Assembly: GCA_045656945.1 (NCBI GenBank)
Contig: JAZOSD010000079.1
Coordinates: forward strand, 2,797 to 66,796
Source: Faecousia sp.
GTDB taxonomy: Bacteria; Bacillota; Clostridia; Oscillospirales; Oscillospiraceae
DNA length: 64,000 bases
Direction: 5' to 3'
Shown here: one piece after another, positions 1 through 8,923 of the stretch
Position numbering within the stretch: the stretch's first letter is position 1
Layout of the letters: the number at the start of each line of letters is the position of its first letter
Notes under the pieces: model-generated
Told to the model about the DNA's origin: nothing
The model's input: only the letters and a program-made list of their open reading frames with translations
Database searches by the model: none
Program-made: the position numbers and the translations under genes

Positions 1-195
1 AGTAAGTTGATCGGTTATCCCTGTTATGGGAAGACCATATTTCCGCTGAAATGCACTAACAGCACTCATAGTACTTGGACCATAAATGCCATCAGGTATT
101 ACAGTAGGCAAGCTTATGTCATCTTCTGCTATGATCCGCAGCATCGTTTGCAAACTTCTAACAGGTTGTTCAACAAAAGATTCAGGGGGTCTCAT
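1..195 (-). CDS. Peptidoglycan-binding domain protein (runs off window start)
   Basis: Not in the ORF track; my translation from ATG 195 is MRPPESFVEQPVRSLQTMLRIIAEDDISLPTVIPDGIYGPSTMSAVSAFQRKYGLPITGITDQLT (PG_binding_1-type DGIYG...FQ...GL..TG). AGGAGG RBS upstream; ATGA overlap with the stop of 192..1475. Confidence 0.8.
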   Translation of the reverse strand, partial: MRPPESFVEQPVRSLQTMLRIIAEDDISLPTVIPDGIYGPSTMSAVSAFQRKYGLPITGITDQLT

Positions 196-1475
196 CTTAC
201 TACCTCCTTACGCACAATGTCCTGTGAACCGATGCTTAGATCTCTGCCCGGAAACTGGGTCATAGTGACTGTGCGAGCATAATTTGTGCGCGCAGCGTTT
301 TGTGGGGTATTATTTTGGTTGCTATGGGAACGATTGAAGTTTCCCACTGCGCGAATGTTAGATACAGTTGTATTGCTGTTTGGAAAGTTAGTAAGTGAAC
401 GCAGGGTGGTATTTTCTATTCCTGAATATTGATTATAGATTGCATCCCAGGTGCTGTTATCTACAGATCCTGTTTCAGGCAATGCGAATCTGCGCTGAGC
501 TGCTAATACTGCTGCTCTTGTTGCCTGGCCAAATATACCATCGATCGCGACAGGGGGAATATTTGGGATGTATTCAGATAAGATAGACAACATATATTGC
601 AGAAATTGCACATATTCTCCGCTGTCTCCAACCTGCAGGGAATTTGGAGCAGACCAGTTGATCGCATAATATTGCTGGCCTTGGCTTCGCAACTCAGACA
701 GGCTGTTGACGCCTCCATATATTCGTACGATTTCATACCAGGTTGCAGGACCAACAACACCGTCAGCAGTCAAACCGAAAATCTGTTGAAATGCACGTAC
801 AGCAGCTTCTGTCCGACTTCCAAATATTCCATCATTTGCTGGGATTTTAGGAATTGCAGGATAGTTTTGCGATATCCGATTTAATGCAACCTGTAAAACT
901 ACTACATTAGGACCACTGCTACCAACGCGCAAGGGTGTGCCTGGGTAGGAGGAAGTGATTCCGCGAATAGGTGCATCCGCAACAATTTCCACATCTCCGT
1001 AATAGCTTCGCAGTATTTGATCAGAATTATAACCTTGCAGAGCTAAATTTTGACTACCCCATTGACTTAACCCTTCGCAGGTTACAGTTGTGCCGTTGCA
1101 AAATTTTGCTGCAAGAGGTTCTACAAATCCAGGCCTGCGCAAATAGTCATTAAACAGTTCATCTACAAGAGCAGAAACGTTTTCAAAATAACTTCTTCCA
1201 TTTACAAACGCCTGATCATATGCAGTGTTATTTGTAATGTCAAAATCATAACCTCGACTTCTGTAAAATTCTGTGTAAATTCGATTGAGTGCAAACGAAA
1301 CGATCGCCAATATATTGGCACGTAATGCACTTTCATCCCAGGTTGGATAGATCTCACTGGATGCGACATTTTTTACATAGTCCTGAAAGGATACTGTAAC
1401 ATTTGATGCATTAGAGGAAGGTGCACCTAAATGCACGGTAATATTCTGTGGTACATACGGAACAACTGGTGGCAT
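192..1475 (-). CDS. sleC: SleC-like spore cortex-lytic enzyme (catalytic domain plus two PG-binding domains, no N-terminal pro-region)
   Basis: VPQNITVHLG..YVKNVASSEIYPTW..ANILAIVSFALNR..TE.YR..G matches the SleC/SpoIID-like catalytic region; two DGIFG..T..AV..FQ..FGL..G repeats; GGAGG RBS at 1486-1482. Confidence 0.8.
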   Translation of the reverse strand: MPPVVPYVPQNITVHLGAPSSNASNVTVSFQDYVKNVASSEIYPTWDESALRANILAIVSFALNRIYTEFYRSRGYDFDITNNTAYDQAFVNGRSYFENVSALVDELFNDYLRRPGFVEPLAAKFCNGTTVTCEGLSQWGSQNLALQGYNSDQILRSYYGDVEIVADAPIRGITSSYPGTPLRVGSSGPNVVVLQVALNRISQNYPAIPKIPANDGIFGSRTEAAVRAFQQIFGLTADGVVGPATWYEIVRIYGGVNSLSELRSQGQQYYAINWSAPNSLQVGDSGEYVQFLQYMLSILSEYIPNIPPVAIDGIFGQATRAAVLAAQRRFALPETGSVDNSTWDAIYNQYSGIENTTLRSLTNFPNSNTTVSNIRAVGNFNRSHSNQNNTPQNAARTNYARTVTMTQFPGRDLSIGSQDIVRKEVVR

Positions 1476-1486
1476 ATTGGGCCTCC

Positions 1487-1870
1487 CTATAAGTTTTGCG
1501 CAGGTGTTTGAAAGATTTCAGCTTTGTTCCAGGAATCCGGAAACTCAGAAAGTGGTATGAACTCGAGATTTTGAAGGGTGATTGTATCGGCAAATATTTG
1601 AAGATTTTCAATTTCAATCGCTTCAAAATTTTCTGCTCTTGCATAAAGATTGACTACACTAAAAGGAATGACACCGGTATTAGGCGTAAGACTTGCGGAT
1701 AAATCGGGAACACTGATTTGGATTGGTTCATCAAGTAAACCACTGCGATTAGTAAGTCGCATTGCAATAGCTGAGCCACTGGCATCTGTAACGGTAATAG
1801 CTGTATCCTTTATAGGTATTTGTGCATTGCTGGTAAATGCATGTACTTGTATATATCCGGTTGCAGACAG
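1487..1870 (-). CDS. Stand-alone SleC pro-domain-like protein; start probably CTG 1870 (ORF track: TTG 1888)
   Basis: GYIQVHAF..QIPIKDTAITV..TNRSG..VPDLSASLTP..IPFS..A.AENFE.IEIENLQI resembles the SleC N-terminal pre/pro region; GGAGG lies 7 nt before the in-frame CTG. Confidence 0.65.
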   Translation of the reverse strand: MSATGYIQVHAFTSNAQIPIKDTAITVTDASGSAIAMRLTNRSGLLDEPIQISVPDLSASLTPNTGVIPFSVVNLYARAENFEAIEIENLQIFADTITLQNLEFIPLSEFPDSWNKAEIFQTPAQNL

Positions 1871-1900
1871 AGCAATCCCTCCTTCCAAGGCTTCGGGAGT

Positions 1901-1927
1901 ATCCTATGCCGGAAAAACAAAAAATGT
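1901..1927 (-). promoter_or_regulatory. Candidate sigmaK (mother-cell) promoter for the sleC cluster
   Basis: AC-N17-CATAGGAT on the minus strand about 30 nt upstream of the RBS. Confidence 0.5.
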
Positions 1928-1934
1928 GCAGGAG

Positions 1935-2363
1935 TTATAAAAACTCCTGCAGGTTACGAATACCTTCTTTTTCATAATCCAACAGTTTTTGACACAAATT
2001 ACTCACTCGCTCATCAGAAGAAGAGATCGCGTGCAGATTTTTAACACCTTTAATAATCCCCCGTGTATTTCCATTGATCATCATTGCGGCAGCTTTAGAG
2101 TTGGCGTTTCCGAATGATAAATGTGCACGGACCATAGCGTTTGTCATAGGAATAATGCTATAGGAGAGGGAATCCATTTCCCAACCTCTGCTACTAGCAA
2201 TTGCTTTGGCTTCCTGTTCAATATTGTCATATTGACGAAGCTGATCTTTTAATACAGCTTGAAAGCTTGCTTTCAAAGGCGTTTTTAAGATAGAGCGAAT
2301 ACCAATTTGGCCCATTTGTGCGGTTTTTAATGCTGATCCAAGCAGATCTTTACTGTCTTTCAT
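1935..2363 (-). CDS. Conserved hypothetical helical protein (ferritin-like four-helix bundle suspected)
   Basis: 142-aa ORF with good RBS; MGxxGI...L..QL..Y..I helical pattern typical of small clostridial bundle proteins. Confidence 0.6.
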   Translation of the reverse strand: MKDSKDLLGSALKTAQMGQIGIRSILKTPLKASFQAVLKDQLRQYDNIEQEAKAIASSRGWEMDSLSYSIIPMTNAMVRAHLSFGNANSKAAAMMINGNTRGIIKGVKNLHAISSSDERVSNLCQKLLDYEKEGIRNLQEFL

Positions 2364-2407
2364 ATATATCACCCTTCACATTATACCCAAGCTTATATCT
2401 TTTATAC

Positions 2408-2433
2408 ACAGTTGTCATTTTTGCGCATAGAAT
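2408..2433 (+). promoter_or_regulatory. Candidate sigmaK/sigmaE promoter for asnB
   Basis: AC-N16-CATAGAAT upstream of the AAGGAAGGG RBS. Confidence 0.4.
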
Positions 2434-2460
2434 ATACAGATAGAAAGGAAGGGATATTAT

Positions 2461-4281
2461 ATGTGTGGAATTGCAGGAATAATTGGATTGGAAGCAAATG
2501 ATTTAATAATGGACAATATGATAAACACTATGAAACGACGTGGTCCTGATGATACAGGAAGATTTATCTGTAAGGATTGTGGATTGATACACAGTAGATT
2601 AGCCATCATCGACCCTGACGGCGGAAGACAGCCAATGCAAATCCAGTGGGCAGGGGAGCAATATACTATTGTTTATAACGGTGAATTGTATAATACAAAT
2701 GATATTAGAAATGAATTGATTTTTCTGGGCCATCGTTTTATGACCCACTCTGATACAGAGGTGATCCTCAATGCCTATGCCCAATGGGGTGGAAAATGCC
2801 TTGATAAATTAAATGGTATTTTTGCTTTTGCTATTTGGGAGCACAGAAACAGGCGATTGTTTTTGGCAAGGGACAGGATTGGCGTCAAGCCTTTGTTTTA
2901 TATGATTCATCATGGAGGCTTCCTGTTTGCATCAGAGATCAAAACAATTTTAACATATCCAACTGTCACGCCGGAACTGGATGCAGAAGGAATTGCACAA
3001 GTTTTGCTGCTTGGTCCTGGCAGGATTCCCGGATCCGGAGTATTTCGTGGCATTTTAGAGTTAGAACCGGGATGCTGTGGCATATTCAGCGATGGGAAAT
3101 GGTTTTGGCGTCGTTATTGGAAGCTTTTAGATCGGGAACACACGGATTCTTTTGAGGAAACTGCTGAACAGGTTCGATATCTTGTAAAAGATTCTATTCG
3201 TCGTCAAATGGTTTCCGATGTACCTATTGGTACATTTCTCTCAGGAGGTCTTGATTCCAGCATAATTACATCAATCTGTGCAAAAGAAATGGAACATAGG
3301 GGAGAACGACTTTCAACATTCTCTTTAGATTTTAAAAACAATGACCGTTATTTTGTGCCTGGAAAGTTTCAGCCTAACTCTGATAACAGTTTCATTGAGA
3401 TTATGCAGTCTTATTTGAATACTGATCATCACTGGACAGTTTTAACACCGGAAGATCTTGTTTCTTCGTTGGAGCAAGCAACTATAGCAAGGGATCTTCC
3501 GGGAATGGCTGATGTTGATTTTTCACTTCTTATGTTTTGCAAAGAAATCCGTACCAATGTGAAAGTAGCCCTTTCCGGCGAATGTGCGGATGAGATTTTT
3601 GGCGGATACCCCTGGTATCGAGATCCTGAAATACGGGCACAGGATGGCTTCCCATGGGCGCAGAACACAGATTTAAGAACTCGGTTTTTGCACCCTGATA
3701 TTGCAAGGAAAATTAATGCTAATGAATTCGTACAGGATCAGTACCGTCAAACATTGGCTCAGTGCGATATTTTACCCGGTACTTCTCAACAGGAACGCAG
3801 ATTGAAGGAGATGGTCACGTTGAATCATCGCTGGTTTATGCAGACTCTTCTGGATCGAAAAGACCGAATGAGTATGTATTCCGGTTTGGAGGTGCGTGTG
3901 CCATTTTGTGATTATAGAATAGCGGAATATTTATACGGAGTTCCTTGGGAATATAAAGATTATCATGGGTATGAGAAAGGCTTGCTTCGATATGCAGTGC
4001 AGGGCATTCTTCCTGATGAGATATTATGGCGCAAGAAGTGTCCCTATCCAAAGACCTATGATCCAAGATATATGGATTTGGTAAGTAAAAGACTTATGCA
4101 GATCATAGATGATAAAAATGCGCCTATCCTGCAGATTGTGCAGAGAGATGCTCTTGCATCATTATTTCAATCCGACAGTTCCTGGCCCTGGTATGGACAA
4201 CTGATGAAAGCTCCACAAACAGTTGCATTTATGCTTCAGATCAATTTCTGGCTGCAATATTACAATGTTCAAGTGGTTTAG
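2461..4281 (+). CDS. asnB: Asparagine synthase (glutamine-hydrolysing)
   Basis: N-terminal MCGI (Ntn Cys), RGPD, HSRLAIID, NGELYN, LSGGLDSS, SGECADE, EVRVPF motifs. Confidence 0.95.
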   Translation: MCGIAGIIGLEANDLIMDNMINTMKRRGPDDTGRFICKDCGLIHSRLAIIDPDGGRQPMQIQWAGEQYTIVYNGELYNTNDIRNELIFLGHRFMTHSDTEVILNAYAQWGGKCLDKLNGIFAFAIWEHRNRRLFLARDRIGVKPLFYMIHHGGFLFASEIKTILTYPTVTPELDAEGIAQVLLLGPGRIPGSGVFRGILELEPGCCGIFSDGKWFWRRYWKLLDREHTDSFEETAEQVRYLVKDSIRRQMVSDVPIGTFLSGGLDSSIITSICAKEMEHRGERLSTFSLDFKNNDRYFVPGKFQPNSDNSFIEIMQSYLNTDHHWTVLTPEDLVSSLEQATIARDLPGMADVDFSLLMFCKEIRTNVKVALSGECADEIFGGYPWYRDPEIRAQDGFPWAQNTDLRTRFLHPDIARKINANEFVQDQYRQTLAQCDILPGTSQQERRLKEMVTLNHRWFMQTLLDRKDRMSMYSGLEVRVPFCDYRIAEYLYGVPWEYKDYHGYEKGLLRYAVQGILPDEILWRKKCPYPKTYDPRYMDLVSKRLMQIIDDKNAPILQIVQRDALASLFQSDSSWPWYGQLMKAPQTVAFMLQINFWLQYYNVQVV

Positions 4282-4430
4282 ATTGTTACAATCACCAAAT
4301 TTACGAATGAAAAATCATTGAATTTGAAACTTCTTATAATGTTTATGTATAGAGGTTGTGTTTTTCGATAAAAGGTGTTAATATATATAATACAAATGTA
4401 CGCAAAATAAAGACAGAAGGTGATTGCTTT

Positions 4431-5636
4431 ATGAAATATATTGTAATCCTGGCAGACGGTATGGCAGATGAGCCATTAAAGGAATTGGGCGGAAAAACTC
4501 CTATGGAGTTTGCTTGTACCCCTACAATTGATATGCTGGCTGTAAAGGGTATTGTAGGTATGGTTCAGACGGTTCCTACTTCTATGAAACCCGGAAGCGA
4601 TGTGGCAAATCTGGCTGTATTGGGATACGATCCAACAAAGAACTATTCAGGACGATCACCTCTGGAAGCATTAAGTGTTGGTGTTCCAATTGAACCGGAT
4701 GATGTGGTCTTGCGCTGCAATCTTGTAACTGTCTCAGAAAATGAGCCTTATGAAGAAAAGGTTATTATAGATCACAGTTCCGGAGAAATCTCTACGCAGG
4801 ATGCCGATATCCTGATGGACGCGGTCCGTAAAGCGTTTAATAATGAAGAATTTCAGTTTTATACCGGAACCAGTTATCGTCATATTACGGTATGGAAGCA
4901 CGGAAAAGTTTTGGATTTTGAACAACCCCACGATCATCTCGGTGCGAAGATTGGAGAATATCTTCCCGAAAGTAGCTTGTTCCGATCTATGATGGCGAAA
5001 AGCTTTGATCTCTTAAATGAGCATCCTTTGAATGTTAAGCGTGCCCAGGAGGGTAAGAACAAGGCAAACTCCTTGTGGTTTTGGGGCGCAGGCACAAAGC
5101 CTTCTCTGCAGAACTTTACAGAAAAGACCGGTTTGAAGGGCGCAATGATCTCTGCAGTGGATCTGCTGAAGGGTATTGCTGTTGGCGGTGGTATGGATGT
5201 TATTGAAGTGGAAGGTGCTACCGGATCGTTAGATACCAACTATACAGGAAAAGCCAACGCTGCTGTTGAGGCACTCACTCAGCGCGGGAATGATTTTGTC
5301 TATGTTCACGTGGAAGCTCCCGACGAAATGGGTCATCAGGGAAAGGTTGACCACAAGGTTCGCGCCATTGAAGAAATTGACAAAAACATTGTTGCAGAAA
5401 TTTGTATGCAACTGGATGCACAGAATATCGATTATCGTATGTTGATCCTTCCGGATCATCCTACGCCGATTCGTTGTCGCACACATACTGGCGATCCCGT
5501 ACCTTTTTTGCTGTATGACAGCACTTACACACAGCAAAATAGCGCACGCTTTTCTGAAAATGGTGCACAACAGACTGGAAATTTTGTTCCAAATGGAACA
5601 CTGCTAATGAATCAATTTATACAAAAGAATGGATGA
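4431..5636 (+). CDS. apgM: Cofactor-independent phosphoglycerate mutase family (ApgM/TIGR02535-like)
   Basis: DGMAD, GSDVAN, YSGRSPLEA, HVEAPDEMGH, PDHPTP..H..DPVP motifs. Confidence 0.85.
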   Translation: MKYIVILADGMADEPLKELGGKTPMEFACTPTIDMLAVKGIVGMVQTVPTSMKPGSDVANLAVLGYDPTKNYSGRSPLEALSVGVPIEPDDVVLRCNLVTVSENEPYEEKVIIDHSSGEISTQDADILMDAVRKAFNNEEFQFYTGTSYRHITVWKHGKVLDFEQPHDHLGAKIGEYLPESSLFRSMMAKSFDLLNEHPLNVKRAQEGKNKANSLWFWGAGTKPSLQNFTEKTGLKGAMISAVDLLKGIAVGGGMDVIEVEGATGSLDTNYTGKANAAVEALTQRGNDFVYVHVEAPDEMGHQGKVDHKVRAIEEIDKNIVAEICMQLDAQNIDYRMLILPDHPTPIRCRTHTGDPVPFLLYDSTYTQQNSARFSENGAQQTGNFVPNGTLLMNQFIQKNG

Positions 5637-5655
5637 AAGAAAGCGAGGAAATTTT

Positions 5656-6819
5656 ATGTTTAATGTTAACTACCTGAATCCAATCTCCGAAAAAGGCACA
5701 GCGCTTTGGACAGTGGATTATCAAAATACTCAAAATCTGAGTAATGCTGATGCTGTTATTGTCCGGAGTGCGCAAATGCACGACTTAGAGTTGCCCCAGC
5801 AGCTGCTGACAATCGCCCGTGCAGGCGCCGGTGTGAACAACATTCCTTTGGATCGTTGTGCAGAGCAGGGTATTGTTGTTTTCAATACTCCCGGCGCAAA
5901 TGCAAACGGTGTTGTAGAATTGGCAATTTGTGGTATGCTCCTTGGCTGCCGTGACGTGGTAGGCGGTATTAACTGGGTTCAGGGAATTAAAGATCAGGGT
6001 GACGTTGCTAAGAAAGTGGAAAAGGGTAAGTCCCAGTTTGCCGGTATTGAGCTGGCAGGAAAGCGTCTTGGTGTGATCGGCTTGGGCGCTATTGGTGGCC
6101 CGCTTGCCAATGCTGCAATCAAGCTGGGTATGGAAGTATATGGCTGCGATCCCTTTATTTCCATTAACGCTGCTTGGCACTTGGATAGCCGCATTATTCC
6201 GGTTAAGACCCGTGAAGAAATTTACGAAAAGTGCGACATTATCACTGTTCACACCCCGCTCCTGGAAGATACCAAGAAAATGATTAACGCGGATGCGTTT
6301 AAGCTGATGAAGGACGGCGTTATACTCCTAAACTTTGCAAGAGATCTTCTTGTGGATGATGATGCTTTGGAGGATGCACTAAAGTCTGGTAAAGTTAAAC
6401 GCTATATTACCGATTTCCCCAATGACAAGACTGCCGGTATGGCTGGTGTTGTTGCAATTCCACACCTGGGTGCTTCTACTGAAGAATCCGAGGATAACTG
6501 TGCAAAAATGGCAGTTAAGCAGGTGATGAATTATCTGGAGAACGGTAATATTGTAAACTCTGTGAATTTCCCCAACTGCGATATGGGTGTTTGCACGAAG
6601 GCTGCCCGTATTGTAATTCTTCACAGAAATATTCCCAACACATTGACACAGTACACAGCTGCGATGGCAAAGGAAAATATTAACATTTCCGATCTGATGA
6701 ACCGCAGTAAAGGTGAATATGCCTATACAATGCTTGATTTGGATGGCGTACCCTCTAATTTGGCTATTGATGAGCTGAAGAAGATGGATAGTGTCCTGCG
6801 TGTGCGTGTGATCCGCTAA
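5656..6819 (+). CDS. serA: D-3-phosphoglycerate dehydrogenase with C-terminal ACT domain
   Basis: ARAGAGVNN, NTPGANAN, GVIGLGAIG, NFARD, PHLGASTEE; ACT tail HRNIPN...YAYT.LD. Confidence 0.92.
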   Translation: MFNVNYLNPISEKGTALWTVDYQNTQNLSNADAVIVRSAQMHDLELPQQLLTIARAGAGVNNIPLDRCAEQGIVVFNTPGANANGVVELAICGMLLGCRDVVGGINWVQGIKDQGDVAKKVEKGKSQFAGIELAGKRLGVIGLGAIGGPLANAAIKLGMEVYGCDPFISINAAWHLDSRIIPVKTREEIYEKCDIITVHTPLLEDTKKMINADAFKLMKDGVILLNFARDLLVDDDALEDALKSGKVKRYITDFPNDKTAGMAGVVAIPHLGASTEESEDNCAKMAVKQVMNYLENGNIVNSVNFPNCDMGVCTKAARIVILHRNIPNTLTQYTAAMAKENINISDLMNRSKGEYAYTMLDLDGVPSNLAIDELKKMDSVLRVRVIR

Positions 6820-6830
6820 TAGTAAGAAAG

Positions 6831-6870
6831 AAAAACAGCCACTCACCGGTAAAGGTGAGCGGCTGTTTTT
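6831..6870. terminator. Bidirectional intrinsic terminator (serA/proC)
   Basis: AAAAACAGCC-A-CTCACC / GGTGAG-C-GGCTGTTTTT hairpin between convergent genes. Confidence 0.85.
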
Positions 6871-7664
6871 TACTTACCTAATTCTTTACTTCGTATATAT
6901 GCGGCGTTAATACAATCCATTACAGCTCCACGGAAACCGTGTTCTTCCAATGCACGAAGTCCTGCGATGGTGCTACCGCCGGGGGAGCAGACAGCGTCTT
7001 TTAGTGTTCCGGGGTGTTGGCCTGTTGTAAGGAGCATTTGTGCTGCACCCAACATTGTTGCAGCAGCATACGCGATCGCCTTTTCCCGAGGCAATCCGCA
7101 GGCCACAGCACCATCTGCAAGTGCTTCAGCAAACATATACATATATGCCGGACCACAACCGGACAGCGCACTAGCACTGTCGATAAGATGTTCCTCGATC
7201 CTGTCAAGCCTGCCACAAAATTGCATATCCTCAATAACAGTGGAAAGGGTTTGCTTAGTTACCTGATGATTGCAGCAGTACTGGATCATTCCACATTCCA
7301 CCAAAACAGGTGTATTTGGCATCATCCGAATAATGGGAAGGTCTGAACCGACCATCTTTCCAATTTTTTCTATAGGAATACCGGCAGCAATAGAGATCAG
7401 CGTCGGTTTTTTTTCAGAAAGGATAGGCGTTAAGGGAGTTAGAACAGCTTCCATTACTTGAGGTTTTACTGCTAGAAAGATACAGTCGCACTGACGAATC
7501 AATGTTTCAGCATCTGTGTATTCACATCCTAATTCTGCTGCGATTGTTTTTGCTTTGCCGGAACGGTCTGTAATTACAATTTGGTTTGTTGCTTTTCTAA
7601 GTGATTTTGCGATTGCGCTGCCCATATTACCGCAACCAAGAAATCCATATTTCACTTGTATCAC
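6870..7664 (-). CDS. proC: Pyrroline-5-carboxylate reductase
   Basis: GFLGCGNMG, LAVKPQ, SIAAG, RMMPN, SGCGPAY, VCSPGGST.AG. Confidence 0.95.
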   Translation of the reverse strand: MIQVKYGFLGCGNMGSAIAKSLRKATNQIVITDRSGKAKTIAAELGCEYTDAETLIRQCDCIFLAVKPQVMEAVLTPLTPILSEKKPTLISIAAGIPIEKIGKMVGSDLPIIRMMPNTPVLVECGMIQYCCNHQVTKQTLSTVIEDMQFCGRLDRIEEHLIDSASALSGCGPAYMYMFAEALADGAVACGLPREKAIAYAAATMLGAAQMLLTTGQHPGTLKDAVCSPGGSTIAGLRALEEHGFRGAVMDCINAAYIRSKELGK

Positions 7665-7666
7665 TC

Positions 7667-8923
7667 CTATCTGATGTGTCCGTTACCTTCAATGATGTAC
7701 TTGTAGGTTGTAAGCTCTAAAAGACCCATAGGTCCACGGGCGTGCATTTTCTGGGTGGAAATACCCATTTCACAACCGAGTCCGAACTCACCACCGTCAG
7801 TAAAACGTGTGGATGCGTTCACATAGACAGCTGCACTATCTACACCGGCAGTAAAGCTGGAAATAGCAGTATCATCAGCCGATATGATCGCTTCGCTGTG
7901 GCCGGTGGAATGGGCACGGATATGCGAAATAGCCTCGCTTACATTTTCAACAATCTTTACTGCCAATATATAGTCCAAAAATTCGGTGTCGAAGTCTTGG
8001 GCGGATGCGGCCATTCCGGGAATGATCGTTTGAGCAAATTCGTCCAAACGCAGCTCAACAGGTGTTTTTCCGGATTCCAGGCGTTGTGCAACAAGACGTT
8101 GATACAGCTTGGGCAACAGGGAGGTAGCAATAGACTTATCTACAAGAAGTACTTCTTCTGCATTACAGACACTGGGGCGGCTTGTTTTTGCGTTTTCAAT
8201 AATATTCAGTGCCATTTCAAGATCGGCACTCTTTTCTACATATACGTGACAGATTCCTGTTCCGGTTGCAATACACGGAACCGTAGCGTTTTGTACGCAG
8301 GCGTTGATCAGACCTGCACCACCTCTGGGAATCAACAGGTCGATATATCCCTGGGCTTTCATCAATGTATTTGCGCTTTCTCTGGAGGTGTCCATAACCA
8401 GATTTACTGCATTTTCAGTAATGCCGACAGATTTCAAGCCAGCTCTAAGAGCATCTACAATTGCGCAGGCAGAGCGAAATGCTTCTTTACCGCCACGTAG
8501 AACGCAAACATTACCGCTTTTTAATGCCAGGGCAGCGGCGTCACTGGTGACGTTGGGACGGCTTTCATAAATGATAGCGATCACACCCATAGGCACTCTT
8601 ACTTTGCGGATAAGAAGGCCATCCTGACGCCGATAGGAATCTATTTCTGTATGAACAGGATCAGGAAGCTTTGCAACATCCCGGATTCCTTTTGCCATAG
8701 CATCGATCCGTTCAGGCGACAATTTAAGTCTGTCCAGCATAACGGTTGAAATGCTGCTTTGTGCTGCTTCCATATCCTGTGCGTTAGCGTACAATATTGC
8801 ATCCTGATGGGAAATTATTGCATCGGCCATTGCAATCAGCGCGGCATTCTTTTGTGCCGTTGTTAATGCACTTACTTCTATTGTTGCTGCTTTTGCAGCT
8901 TTTAACATATTAATCATTCTCAT
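7667..8923 (-). CDS. proA: Glutamate-5-semialdehyde dehydrogenase (start may be 8917)
   Basis: IYESRPNVT, LKSGN..VLRGG, IPRGG, KTSRPSVCNA, NASTRFTDG.EFG.G.EMGIST. Confidence 0.95.
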   Translation of the reverse strand: MRMINMLKAAKAATIEVSALTTAQKNAALIAMADAIISHQDAILYANAQDMEAAQSSISTVMLDRLKLSPERIDAMAKGIRDVAKLPDPVHTEIDSYRRQDGLLIRKVRVPMGVIAIIYESRPNVTSDAAALALKSGNVCVLRGGKEAFRSACAIVDALRAGLKSVGITENAVNLVMDTSRESANTLMKAQGYIDLLIPRGGAGLINACVQNATVPCIATGTGICHVYVEKSADLEMALNIIENAKTSRPSVCNAEEVLLVDKSIATSLLPKLYQRLVAQRLESGKTPVELRLDEFAQTIIPGMAASAQDFDTEFLDYILAVKIVENVSEAISHIRAHSTGHSEAIISADDTAISSFTAGVDSAAVYVNASTRFTDGGEFGLGCEMGISTQKMHARGPMGLLELTTYKYIIEGNGHIR

